This document shows, piece after piece, positions 14,159-40,400 of a DNA stretch of 64,000 bases. A program made the position numbers and the translations under genes. The notes under the pieces are model-generated. The model had not been told where the DNA came from, did no database searches, and saw nothing but the letters and a program-made list of their open reading frames with translations. Source of the DNA: Tubiluchus corallicola (lineage: Eukaryota > Animalia > Priapulida); assembly GCA_030141605.1 (NCBI GenBank), contig JAQGDQ010000568.1:75143-139142 (forward strand), written 5' to 3'. How positions within the stretch are numbered: position 1 is the stretch's first letter; every line of letters begins with the position of its first letter.

Positions 14159-15589
14159 AATTCGTGTATTGTGATTATTTTAATAATTCATGTGTTACCT
14201 TGGTATTATAATTATAGAGCATACTGAAACAATGTAATGTGCACAAGAATGGCAGTTGTTATAAATAAAAAAAACATCAAAATGTCCTACACTGTTATCA
14301 GAAAGACCAGGTGTGTTGCTTTAGTCCGTTGACGTAGGCGTTAACAGATTAGCAACACCTCAAAATCAGTAAGATAAGCCTCACGTTTGGCGCCCCCTGC
14401 GGACTCCTAAAATCGTCATCAAAATGAACTCCGCGGGACGTGTTTGGCTGCACAGGGGACGTTTTCACAACAAGGTCTGACCTGAAAGCTTTTACCATTG
14501 CCAACATCTCAATGACTTCATTGTGTTGGCTAAACTACCGTCGCTATACGTTATAGAAAATGGGCAGAATTTTTGGGCAAATTGCCCCGTCTTCAATTAC
14601 ACGGCATTTAGCGTGGCGTTAATGTTTAAAAATACCAGGCTGTTTACAACACGATGTGGTCTCGGAGGAGTGAAAAGAGTTGCATTATGAAAAATGTGTT
14701 TTGGTTTGTCCCCGCCTAATCAGTTGTTAATATCATTGCAGTCCATGGGCAGATTATGACGATATAGAATTATTAAAAACTCCTGGTACTCTCAGTATTT
14801 AAGCAGCGTCCGTAATATGGATAAGGAAAGAATTTTTCAATAAATTGATATTGTATGATATTGATGTATGTATTGATATACTTTGATATTGTATGGTGGT
14901 AATTAGGCATATTATTAGGCCTATTTATTAACGTGTTTATTTGTTAGTCAGATTATTTGCGTGCAGTTAATTTGTTTATTTAATGAGTTTCCTGATTGTT
15001 TTAGTTTCTCTTTAATGATATTTTATTTTACAAGTTTAGTTGATGTAGATGAAATTTTGGAAGTCAAGCAAGTGAAGATGAAGTGGATGCCTCGGAATTA
15101 AACAGTGAACATTACTAACCTATTAGAAGAATTCACACATGACTTGATAATCCATACTATATAGTACAATTGTGGAAAGCCTCATTTTGGTACCCTCATA
15201 TGTCTCTGCCAACTTGCCACAGAAGTTTGTTTTCTACCACCAGAAGCAGCTCGATGGTCAGTTAGTCATTCCGTCTAGTTAATATCACATATTAAGCAAA
15301 ACTTTCATGGTTTAATTTATTACCGGATAATTACACTGCTGGGTCTTTATCATAATATAAAAGTCCTTGGTCGGCCAAGGGTTAAAATTTAATGTTTTAC
15401 CACTGACATTGTTGAAAAAAATAGAATAGCCAATTTTGAGAGGAGGCACGTTTGGCAGGCCGGAAGGCAAACTTGTCCAGCTTGGCGAAGCTTCTCTACC
15501 TTGGTGGAGGCAGAAGATTTATTAACTAATTTACTAGAATGTACGAATAAATTCTTGATTACTTTTGATCATTATTGTTTCTTCTACCA

Positions 15590-15873
15590 GGCGGTTTGGT
15601 CTAGTGGTAACGCGTTCGCTTTCCGTCTGGGAGGTCGTGAGTTCGATACGGCGGTCGGGTAATACCTAAGGCTTTAAAAAATGGTACCTGCTGTTGCCCT
15701 GCCTGACGCGTGGTATTTAGGTTAAAAGTTGGGTAATAATACTCTCTGTTATGTAGGTATAGGTTGTTGTTTACAGTCGGTCTAAAAGCTTTTTGAAGCT
15801 TATGTTACTTGTCGATCTAAAAAGCCAACTTCAAATAAAGATGATTATTATTATTATTATTATTATTATTATT
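15590..15873 (+). mobile_element. tRNA-derived SINE with (ATT)n tail
   Basis: A box TGGTCTAGTGG and B box GTTCGATAC are present, but the acceptor stem does not pair. A ~180-nt body is followed by AATAAA and an (ATT)n tail. Confidence 0.8.
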
Positions 15874-16597
15874 TTCGACCCAATTGGGTTTATAGTGCTC
15901 GCACAGTTAACGAGTCTTGAGGAAGTATTACACTAACATTAAGTGTAGTTCCAAAGCATAGTTCTTTGACACGGTAAGATACCGCAGATATAATCTATGA
16001 AACTCAAACCATGGACCCACATTAATCGGACCCACAGTTTACGAAACACTATTCAATATTTGTGACAGTATGTTAAGCTATTGTCATCATTATGCATATA
16101 AGTTCTTAGATACCTATGTCACATATACTGCAAGATGCCTAATCTTAGGTCGTCTCATAAGGTAAAGCAATAATTATGAGGTCAATTTTCACATAGTTAT
16201 TATGTACATATAAACTTTTTACATTTAATTTTACCCAGAACAGAATGGTCTCGCCATCTAGCGTGGAAATTTTGCTAATCAACTAGACGAGGTTGAAACT
16301 AGCACGGCGTGTTATTGACCCGACGTATAATGTTTGTTTGTCTGCATTCCACGCGCTAGCTACTAGCTAACTCGAATCAAACCTACGCGCCGTAAAGTTT
16401 AGCTCCATCTATATGGCTGTAATAGTCATAAAACCGGTATTGTAGGTTGTATTTTGCGATAAACACATTGTTCGTTCATCTAAATTGCGATACAGTTAAC
16501 AACAGTTAAGTAATAATGCATGAAATCGCGTTTATATCTGAATTTCTGTTGCTATGTTCCTGCCACAGCTCAACTTCCATCTTCGTTTCACCGACGA

Positions 16598-16679
16598 GGT
16601 AGCGTGGCCGAGCGGTCTAAGGCGCTGGTTTTAGGCACCAGTCTCTACGGGGGCGTGGGTTCGAATCCCACCGCTGCCA
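16598..16679 (+). tRNA. tRNA-Leu (anticodon TAG)
   Basis: 82-nt GGTAGCGTGGCCGAGCGGTCTAAGGCGCTGGTTTTAGGCACCAG...GGTTCGAATCCCACCGCTGCCA. Canonical eukaryotic Leu cloverleaf with long variable arm, anticodon stem CTGGT/ACCAG, and T-runs downstream (Pol III terminator). Confidence 0.95.
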
Positions 16680-17342
16680 TCAGTTTGTTTTAGTTAGAAT
16701 CAAACAGTTTTTTTTTGTACACCCGGCAATCAGCAAAGCGGTATTCAGGCCTCACATACAAGTTTACTGAGCGAATTCTTTTTGCGTTTCACTAAAACAT
16801 AAGAAAAAAAATTTATTCAATATTTCCATCAGGAAAACATGGAAGTGCAAATAAACATAAGAAGGAATGTAAAATTATTATCTTCAGTAAATATTTGGAA
16901 AATGATGTAACATTCTAAAATAATGTCGTTCGATTTAATTCGTGCAAAAAATACAAATTAACTAGAAGTATTTAGTTTTACTGAGGGAATCAATAAAGGC
17001 TATCACTAAACCTGCATGGCATGCATACTGTATACAATAAGCCAGCATTTTAATTATTATGTGAAACGAAATATATTCAGTTCAAAATGTTATATGCAAA
17101 ATGATTAAAAACCACAGCCCTAACGACACAACTGCTCGCCGGTTGAACTGGAGTTTAGTAGCTATAAAAACATTAACTGGCTGAATATAGCGTCCCATGC
17201 ATTTAGTTCAGTAAACAAAGAGCGTAAGAATCCCAACGATGTTATTGTTTTGTCACTAGATCGTTAGCTACTGTAGAATTATAAAATACAGTTGTTCAGT
17301 TTTTCAATGCGCAAAGAATTCTGAACTCCTGTGCAGACTTAA

Positions 17343-18000
17343 AGGACAAGAAAAGTGGTACCCGAAGTAGGTTTTAAAAATGTCTTAAAAATGATATTAC
17401 TTTATAGCAATTTTATGAATATATCGCACTCGCATTGAACGTATTTTTTGTTATCATTTCAAGTCTCCCTCAAAACTGTTCCGACCGCACCATTAGATGA
17501 CGTCATATACGCACAATGTAAATTAAGGGAAGAAAATGCAATGCTAAACTTTGTCCCAAATAACTCTCCATGCAAAGTTATATTACTTAGCATTTTGCTT
17601 ACCTGCTTGAAAAACGTATACAACTAGAAAAGAAAATTATTAATTATTTAAAATGCTTTCACAATTGGTAAAATGTCGTTGACTCACCTCCAGGGTGCAC
17701 CACTCACTGACCAAAAAACGCGTTTTTCATCTTATTCACAACATGCAGTAGTTTAAAATATTGCTTAGTAAGAGACGTGTGCACTAACAATGCTCTGATT
17801 ATTTTTTCAAACTTTACTCAATGTTATCTAAACTTGTTTCAAATGACTTATCGCCAAAATGGCTTCGTCTAACAGGAGTTTAAATTTACAAGATTATACA
17901 GCATTACTGCCGACGCAAGCCTTGCATGCAAAAGTGTGTGTGGTATAATATTTCAAGATGCATTTTTAAGCTTTATGTAAGTAAATGGTTTTCACGTGCT
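17343..18000 (+). mobile_element. Kolobok-like MITE, full-length copy
   Basis: TTAA|AGGACAAGAAAA...TTTTCACGTGCT|TTAA; homologous to 11191-11822 and 38440-39104. Confidence 0.8.
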
Positions 18001-18854
18001 TTAAAAGCTGGTGTACCCGTGTACATGTAAAAATTACAGTAAACAACTCAAATTTGTTGATGTGTTTTGTTTTTTTTTCTTATTCGCTGTGGTACATTGT
18101 CCAGGTTCTGTCACGACGTTACTATTGCACAAGAAAAGACTCTTCAAAAATAAAGATTAAAAAATCCGACTTGAAATTTTGTATCACTTACGTGCTGCTA
18201 TACTGCATGCATGGCTTGTATTAACAGCAACGTTGCATAAAACTTGTAAATTTAAACTTACGCAATCACCGTTAAGAGCAGCCATTTTAATGGTAGAAAT
18301 AAGTTTAGATAATGCGTAAAGTTTCAAAAAATAATCAGAGCATTCATAACACACTCTTCACTAACTGTGGGTAAGTTTAAATTAAATTATATTGCCAATA
18401 AGATCAATAATGTGTTTTTCGGTGGATCAGTGATACACACTGGACACTAGCCACTGTGCATGTGAGTTAGTGAAGTTATACCAGTTGGCGCAAACATTTT
18501 AAATTATTAAGAATTTTCTTTTCTAGTCACACAAGTCTTTTTAACAGATAAGCGTAATGCTAAGTAACATAACTTTATGTGGAAAACTCTTTGGTATACA
18601 CTTTAGAATTCCTGTTTTTCATCTTTTATGCACACAGCAAGTAATGTGACGTCACAAAATTTTATCTACTGAGTTAATGAAATAATTATTACAATAATTA
18701 ATATAAAGATGGTGGTCATATTTTTACCTAAACGGGATATCTTGAAAGTTCATTTAATTATTTGTTACCATGACAACTTCGTGTTGTTATTGTTTTACAC
18801 ATATATTTCACATTATACATTAGCTGTTTTCACATCTTCACAGACATGATGTTG

Positions 18855-18882
18855 TCATCACCACCATTACCATCTTCATCTA

Positions 18883-18931
<49 letters not shown>

Positions 18932-19148
18932 GTCATCATCATCATCATCACAATCATCAATATCACAACCACTATCATCACCATCATCATTATCGTCGTC
19001 ATCATCATCATCACCACCACCATCACCACCAACATCATCATCATCATCACAATCACAATCATCAATATAACTACCATCAATATAACATCATTATCATCGT
19101 CATCATCACCACCATCACCTTATTACCACCGCCAGCATCGTCATCATT
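18855..19148. repeat. (CAT)n-rich microsatellite downstream of the SLC16-A stop
   Basis: Direct inspection. Confidence 0.9.
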
Positions 19149-19444
19149 CTTAAGTTCATAATGATGATTATCGTCAACATTCTTATTACTGTTGTCATAA
19201 TTTCATTCATTTCCTTTGTACATTTTTATGTTCTTCAACTCCTCCTCAAGTCTCATTTCTCTTCTGATGCTGCATCAGTTACCTTTTGCTTTTTTGCAGT
19301 TTCTTTCAAATAAAACAAACGCGATTCTATTTGTAAGTTTTGCTATAATCAGATCATTTTTTATAACTTTATTGAAGTCATTCAACTGCGGTTTTCGTTA
19401 TTTTTTCTTTTGAGTCGGTATTGCTGTTGACTTCTTGATCTCTC

Positions 19445-31900
<12,456 letters not shown>

Positions 31901-32595
31901 TACTATTTTCTTGAAAGTTCTTTTCTTTCATAATATTTTCACTTAGTATGTACGTCCAACACAACAATGCAGAACACTTGTCCAAAGGAAAAACTTCTCA
32001 TGAAGGTTCTACGCAGCAAAGCTTAATTATTTGTTATGGAGCCCATTGTTTTTGTACTCTCATTGTTCATTGCTTTTGTTGCAATTTAATAGCAACGGAA
32101 GACTTGTATTTTAAAGCTTGTACGCTACCAAAACAGATTTTATAACTCACTAGCGCTACATAATTTCGTCTTTTTTGGGAAGGACAGCAATTTAACGTTT
32201 CTTTTTAATTTTTTGTTTGGCCTGCAGAAAAATTGCTAGCCATTGTCTTTAAGGCCATTGTTTTATGGCAAATAGATAAGCCACTAACTCAAGACGCTCT
32301 TAATACAAGTAACCTGCTTAGAACTTGGCGTTGATTACCATCAAGAAATTAGGAAGCCAAGGTTAGTGCAGAAGTCAAAAGTTACTAATGTGAAAGACAG
32401 ACGTGCTTAAGTCATAGTGAAAACTGTATGGGTGTCAAGTCAGTTGTACATAGTAGACTACATCTGTTCTAGAATCTGAGCCATAAGATTCCTAGGATGA
32501 ATTTCAGTGGTGCTGTTACTACTACTACTGCTGCTGCTGCCGCTGCTGTTGTTGTTCATGCTGTTCTTAATGTCGTCATAATCATTGGGCAAACA

Positions 32596-32744
32596 ATGAT
32601 GAAGGAACTGGTGATGATGATGATATTGATAATGATGACAATGATAGTGATGATGATGATGATGACGACGATGACGATGACGACGACGACGACGATGATG
32701 ATGATGATGTTGATGGTGATAATGATGATGGCGATGATGATGAT
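32596..32744. repeat. (GAT/GAC)n tract just upstream of the first SLC22 coding exon
   Basis: Direct inspection; ends just before the acceptor tttttgcag at 32755-32763. Confidence 0.85.
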
Positions 32745-32775
32745 AAGAATTACTTTTTTGCAGAGAAATCTAAAA

Positions 32776-35700
32776 ATGCAATCACCTGTTTATGTCGACG
32801 ATGCGTTTGAACTATTTGGACGGCATGGATATGTACAATTATTCGTTTTCTTCCAAACAAGTTATTACATTTTCATTGGCTCCTGGAACGCAATGGGAAT
32901 TTCATTTCTTGGAATAACACCTGACCATCATTGCAAAGTGCCTTCAGGTGTGGATCCAGATCAGGTGATACCATTCAAGTATGATGAGGTTAATGATGAA
33001 AAAATAATTGATAGATGTCACCTCATCAACTTAACTAGCGGAGAGCTCATCGGCTGCCCTAACGGTTGGTGGTATAGCGATGAGTATGTTTCCACAATTG
33101 TCACAGAGGTAAAAAACAAAAATGTTGATTTTCGGTCATTAAAGGCCGCGAAATGTCTGATTTTGACAACGAAATTAGCTCATGATTAGCCTATTCGTTG
33201 AAATTTGAAATACTTGTATTATGTGAGTTTAATAATTAAGCTATGCTGTTGTGAGATCATTGTGCCTTTGCATGCGTGCACTGGATTATGGGAAAATAGT
33301 AATCCAAGTAATTTCTTATTTTTAGTGGGATTTGGTTTGTGACAAAGAAATTTTCGTTCAGACGTCTCAGTCTATTTACTTTTTAGTAAAAATGGTCGGT
33401 TGTTTGGTGGCGCCTGCTATTGCTGACTACCTCGGCCGAAAGTACGTCATCATTTTCTGCGCAGTCTCTTGGGCTTGTCTTGGTATCTGCACAGCTTTTG
33501 TCAATAATTTTTATCTTTTTACAACAGTGAGAGCAGTATTTAGTGCCTTGGACATGGTAAGTAATGTTGTGTAATACAGATTTTTTTGTACTGATCCGAA
33601 ACAGTTTTCAACAAACGTCATCCATTAATTGGTCTTTTTGGTTTTTTAATTTGTTTAGACATTGAAAGAAATTTTACATATTTTTGTGTGAAATATATGG
33701 GACAATCAAGTGCTAATTCGTACTCTTGTGCATAAGTTCTTTTACAGGGTGGTTACCTCGTTGCCTACTGTTTACTGTCCGAGTATTACATTACGAAGTA
33801 CCGAACTTGGGCAATGAATTGCATGTACCTAGTGTGGGCTTCGGGTCTTATGACGTTTGCTGCCATTGGATATGCTGTTCGCAACTGGCGACACCTACAG
33901 TTGGTTCTCTCTGTACCTCTCTTGGTGTTTGTTGTTGGATATTGGTAAAAACTGCTGTCATTTTTTTTGATAATCATTGTTAAGTTTCTTATTGAAGGGT
34001 CTTATTACTCTCGGATGATTTTTTATAACAGAAATAAGCCTTTTCAATGTTCCAGCGATTGTTGATGATCCTAAAAAGGTCAAAGGTTAAGTGTACCAGA
34101 CAACGCATTTATGTACACTTGACAATGCCTGGCAGTCCATGCTATTGTGTTAGTAAACGTTTTAACAGCTAGCTAGAACATTACCTAATTCATTTTTGCT
34201 TGTTCCGAAGCAAGATCCTGCTAATAAATCACTCTACGCCCAGAGTAATGCATAACTAAGTAAGGTACACGTAAAACAACTGAAGTTAGTCAACTTATAC
34301 GATAGGAGATTCAGTTTACGCACATGTCACATGACGGTTGTAGTTAAGTCCCGTTGCTGTGACTTAACCTTTAACCTACAGCATCTGCGCGTGCGCACAA
34401 CAAAACCGTAAAGAGGCTTATTTGAACGATAAAAAAATCAAAAATAAAGAAAAGAAAAACACTGATTTGTTGTTCAGCTTTTCTGATAACAAATTCTAGT
34501 TGATTACAGGATTCAAGAAGAAATCGAGAACCAGAATTACATTTATAAAGGCACAATGTAGACATCAATAGTAACAACTTGTTCGGTTAATTTCAATTTT
34601 CCCTTTAAGTTGTCGATCTGGATACTAGTAGTTCCCTACTTTATGCTAGAAAACTTGTCTGAATAAAATTTGGTCTAAATGGAATGTGACGAAAATGAAA
34701 TGACGCTGGCCTGTTGTTTCAATTGAAATCTACATACAGAAATTACGATCCTACAAGCATCGCTGCCCTAGGTTGTTTGACATTATAACTACGGTTTTGA
34801 TTCCCCATTTTCTCCTGGTGCCATACTTTTGAAGCTCTATCAGAAAACACAAAGTTGATGTATTTACTATTTTACTACTTTGCCAGATAAGCCTACAATT
34901 TGTTTGTTTGCTTATCCATGCATGATTTACCTAGTTTTAAGAGCACGTTAATAAGACTTCGTACTTGTGAGGGTTGTGTGGCACAGTGGCAGCTCGTGTA
35001 TAGGTACTGTAGAACTGCAGCACAAATTATTTTCACTCAGCATTATCGATAATATTCAATATAATAAGTCTTTTTTCTTTAGTTCTTTCTTTATACTTAT
35101 ACGGAACCAGAGCACGTGAGGGCAGTACTGTCACGCACACACAACTCTCAGCCCAGGTAGAAAAATTACTGTCACTCACACAGTTTGTGATCAGTTGTCA
35201 TGTGCTTACCGTGAATGCATCAAGCTTGAACTGCGATAATTTAGGTTACTAGTAAGCAAAAAAAAATTTGTTTAGGATTTTATCAAGTTTATGTATAAAC
35301 TTTCATATATTTCTTCGTTTAAAATTACAAATTACACATGTTTGTTTCGTTTAAAATTACGAATTACAACATTAAAATTACAAATGTTTGTTTCGCTTAA
35401 CACAGTATTAAAACAATGGCTAAAATTTTTAAAGCAACACCCTCACTAATTTTAGCTACGAGCCGCCACTAGTGCGGTGGATTGATTTTTTTATAAAAAT
35501 GGGAAATTTGTTATATCGTTTGGTTACTAATTTTTCAATGTATTTGTCAGCTCGAAAACTTACAGTTAAAATCATGTCTTAGGTCTGCTATTACAGTGTC
35601 TTTATTTCTGTTATAGGACTCTTCCTGAATCTGTTCATTATCTGGTTACTCACGGTCGAACCAAACAAGGCGAAGATTTAATAAAACGAATGGCAACGTT

Positions 35701-37338
35701 CAGCAAGGTCACCCTACCAGAAAATTTAAAATTAAAGTTTGATGAAAGGGAATCTTATAGGAAAGAAGCAAGAAGAAATATTTTTGTGGGCATTGTGACC
35801 ACTCCGTATCTGAGGCTGTATGCGATTTTGCTAATATTCGTGTGGTAAGACCGTGTGGTGAGTCCCAGGGAAGTATCAAAACTTATCAACATTTTACGAC
35901 GCCTGAGGCTGATAGTACAGTGTTGCCCATCTCTATAATGAATTTGTGGTTGTTTATGTAATGAGCAGATTAAGCAATTATTTGTGGTGTATTAGAAATA
36001 CTGTTAACATGTTCCCACGTGTCATTAATAATTACATGTATTTGCATAGCGCTTATATTCAAGCAGAATGGGCAACTGCATGTTGTGTAGTACCTTGCAC
36101 CTGTCCGATTTGTGGTACTTATATAAAAAGCTGCTCTCGGTATCTGCCTGTGGTGTGTGTTATAAAATATGAATATAAAAGAATACACATTTTCCGAAGG
36201 GAATAATAATTTTTTCTAAAATGTGACGCCCCTCAAACTTTGGCGCCCTAGGCCTATTGCTTAATGCGCCCCTGATAGTGACCACCATTTTATAACATAC
36301 TGGAAGGTAGGAAACCAATAATGAATGTAATTAATGATACTTCGTTTGAATTAGATAATATTTAAATATATTATGATTTTTTGTCATTACTCATTTTTTT
36401 GAATAATAGACCTTTAGAGTGATTGTGGCTGTCACTGTCAGTGGCGTATTCACGTATAGGTTGACTAGGCTGTACCCTACAGTACTAAATGCACTAAATT
36501 TTGAGGTGCCAGATTTTTGGTGCCAAGTGTCAAAAAGTTCTTATTCACCTCGAAAAATGCGTATCTTTTCATATCCAAAATAATAAAGCGCGTATTTTGT
36601 AACACACCACAAGCAGTTAATAAATAGGCTGCTATATAAATGCAACAATTTTTAAACTAATATAATGGTTACGTAAAAGGTACTTCACTTGTGCAGGCTT
36701 CTCAGATAAGCTTATAAGTGCTGTGCCAAATGTGTGAAATTGTTAATTATCAGCACGTAGGTACTGGGTAGTAATTCTATCAAAATACCTCAATTGTAAA
36801 TTATGTAAACGATCATAAGTCCATAATAGAGATAGTCGCGACTGAAGGAGATCAGTCTAGGGCATTATAATGCTTTGATGCGCCCCTGGTCACTCACTGT
36901 CGGCGGTGGCGACAACCGCACAACTGGTAAGGATGGTATTGTTCAACTTCTGTGTATCTTTTCCAAAGACCTAAAATTCTAAACGGTATTTTTTAGGTTC
37001 GTTGATTCCTTAGTTTACTATGGATTGTCGTTGTCAACAAATTCACTTGGTGGAGACCCGTATCTCAACTTTTTTCTATCAGGGGCTGTTGAAATTCCTG
37101 CTTATTTGACCTGCATGTACCTCTTAAAAACGTGAGTGTTATAGTAATAATAATAAGATATGTTGTGTGTTTTTTCGATACTTTCTATGTTTTAACATTA
37201 TCGACAGTAAGTAATTGACACGTCGGTTAGTAATTGTTACCATTAATACCTCCTACCATATTCAAGAAATAGGCCTACCAGTGCATTCAAATTCATCCAA
37301 TGATTAATAATAAGAATAATAGTAATAATAACAATAAT

Positions 37339-37414
<76 letters not shown>

Positions 37415-40400
37415 TGGAAATGATAAGTCGAAATAAGTATGAAATAAATATTAGATATATTTATTGGGTAACAGAACACGTATACAAATATTTTACATAC
37501 ACACACTCCCACGAAAATATAATTAAAGCATTTATAGAAAACAAAAATATTTACACATTTACAAACACGGGACGACGTCACATGTCGATGTATACCACAA
37601 ATAAACGAATGTACAAGCTAATAAAACAATGAGTGAGTGAGGAAATCGGAAAACAAATAAACAAACACTTAATAAACTTTGTCAGTTTTAGTTTGAAAAA
37701 CATTCGAACATTTTTTTATTATCTGATTTGCCTACAGATGCGGAAGACGGAAACCGACATTATTTTTCCATCTAGTAGCAGGACTTCCGTTACTTATTGC
37801 TCACTTCGTTCCAGAAAATGCAGGCAAGTATGCAAGTGTAGCTAGCAGAATAGTTTGTACGTGTTATTTTGATAAAACTGACAATTAAACCGTGCTACTT
37901 CCATATGTCTGTTTTATTTGCATAAACGGAGTCTTAAAAATAATAAGACTGAATCAGATTTAGTATTATTTTGCGTACGATTGTCTGCAAAAGTTGTACT
38001 TTCATTATCTTATTTCCGTAATGTAATGTAATGTAAAATTTATTTATATGGCGCAGTACATCATTTAAAATTTCAGCCCGCTGACCAAAATACATTTAAT
38101 TCATAATTCATATGAAACATAAAGTATAAAAGACATTAAAAATTGAAATAATTCATCATAAAAAGTACAATTTAAACAAATGTCTTTAAATAATTTCTAT
38201 ATGCAAATTAGTCACAAGCCTTAATTTATATGGAATAGATAAATAAGTGAAAACAGGCCTATGCAACAATTCATTTTCTATACCAATTTAACCAGTTTAC
38301 TTTACATTTAACCATTACAATAACAACCATTGTACAGCTTCGTAACTAATATCCGTTCCCATTGTTGCCTCCCGTGTTGTTGCTTCCCAAACAAATTGCC
38401 AACTGTCACTGTAGATGCACCATCAATCAATTGATTTAAAGGACAAGAAAAGGGGTACCTAAAGTAGATTTCAGAAAAATCGCCTTATGAAATTATATTA
38501 CTTTATAGCAATTTTATGCGTATATCGTACTCGCATTGAAAGGATTTTTTGTCTTCATTTTAAATTTCCCGCAATACTGTTCCGACGGCGCCATTACATG
38601 ACGTCACGCAAACGTATCAGAGGAAGAAAATGCAATGTTAAACGATGTCCCCAAAAAACTTTCCACGCAAAATTATATTGCGTAGCATTTCGATTACCTG
38701 CTTGAAAGACTTATGTGACTAGAAAAGAAAAATATTAATTATTTACAATTCTTTCAATAATTGGTAAAATGTCGCTGACTCACCCTCCAGGGCGCACCAC
38801 CCACTAACCAGAAACGTATTTTTAATCTTATTGACAAGATACAGTAATTTAAAATTTTACTTAGTTGGTGACGTGTGCGCTACCGACGCTCTGATTATTT
38901 TTTCAAACTTTACAGAATGTTATCTAAACTTGTTTCACATGACTTACCGTAAAAATGGCTGCGTCTAACGGTCATCGCGGGAGTTTAAACTTATACTGTG
39001 TTACGGCCGATGCAAATCTAATACGCAAAAAGCCAGTATTTAAGTGGTATAAAATTTCAAGACGAATTTTTTAGCTTTATGTAAGTTGAGGGTTTTCTTA
39101 TGTTTTAAGGCAACTTTGAGAAGGGACCTCAACCGAGTTCAAACTTTTGGTCCCTATAACTTTGTAAGGTAAATTGTAACACAAATAAATGCATTGTAAT
39201 ACCTACTGCAAAAACTACAACGTTTGAATAAAAGAAAAACTAAGTGGAAAAGTACAGATCAATACAATGCAATGCAATGCAATGTAATGCAATGCAATGC
39301 AATGTAATGCAATGCAATGCAATGCATGCAATCCAATACAATACAATACAATAAAATACAATACAATACAATACAATACAATACAATACAATACAATACA
39401 ATACAATACAATACAATACAATACAATACAATACAATACAATACAATACAATACAATACAATACAATCATAATTGAACTGAACCTTTGCTAACTCACATA
39501 ATTTTTCATACTTTACTCGCGAGTCTGTGTTAATACACAACGCAGCAGATGTTTCAAAAGCATCTACACGAAAAACTTCTTTTGAATCTTTCCCACCACT
39601 AATGTTTTGCCCATTCTAATTAATATTGTAGGCAACATTCTAATGTGTGTTTTAGGCACTGCCAATTTATCATCCCTGATTACGACTTTGAATCTGGTTG
39701 GAAAATATGGAGTCGCCGCATCATTTAGCGCCATCTATTTGATTACTGCAGAAGTTTATCCTACAGTTTTGCGGTTAGTATATGTAAGGGCAATAAATAA
39801 ATATAATACGTCACGCCATTATTTAATGGCACTAGCTAAACTTGCCTGCAACAAAAGCAAGTAACAAATTTGATAAAACATTCGTCAAATTCTACTCTGG
39901 AACGTCTGAGACTAAGACCATTTGTCATATAAACTTTTCCTGTCTTTTATTGATTTAGAAGAAGTACGGTTCTGAAAAATCGAGTCAACCAAAAAAAGCT
40001 CTGGGTCAGCCGGGATTCGAACCCAAAATCTTGTGGTTACAGACCATTTGCGTCCAGCCATTTCAGCTGAGAGCCCATGTGGTCAAAGCAGATGTGAATT
40101 CTCATACTAATCAGTACACAATCAGTCAGAGTCACGTATCCACAGGATAATAGAAAAACTATTACTAATTTATAAGATACCTATTGAGCCCAGTAGAGAA
40201 GCAAGGTCCACATAGCATTAGGCCGTAGTACAGAAAAATTCAAAGTTAAGTTTAGAAGAAAGAAGAAGCCTTATTTACTGAGCAACTTTCATCACGAAAC
40301 TTTTACTTATTATTTTGCGCAATTTTGTAAAAACCATAATATTTTTGTTTTAATTAACTTTGTGTATTATTACTATTTGCAGCAACACTGGACTTGGTAT

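Noticed and set aside
15040-15385. Possible piggyBac fossil ending CCAAGGG|TTAA
   Set aside because: No matching left end or convincing transposase segment was found.
15590-15665. A second functional tRNA gene
   Set aside because: The acceptor stem does not pair, and the sequence continues into a SINE body and tail.
32497-32775. Met-rich N-terminal extension of the SLC22 ORF
   Set aside because: It is a (GAT)n tract upstream of a splice acceptor. SLC22-like sequence starts at MQSPVYVDD (32776).
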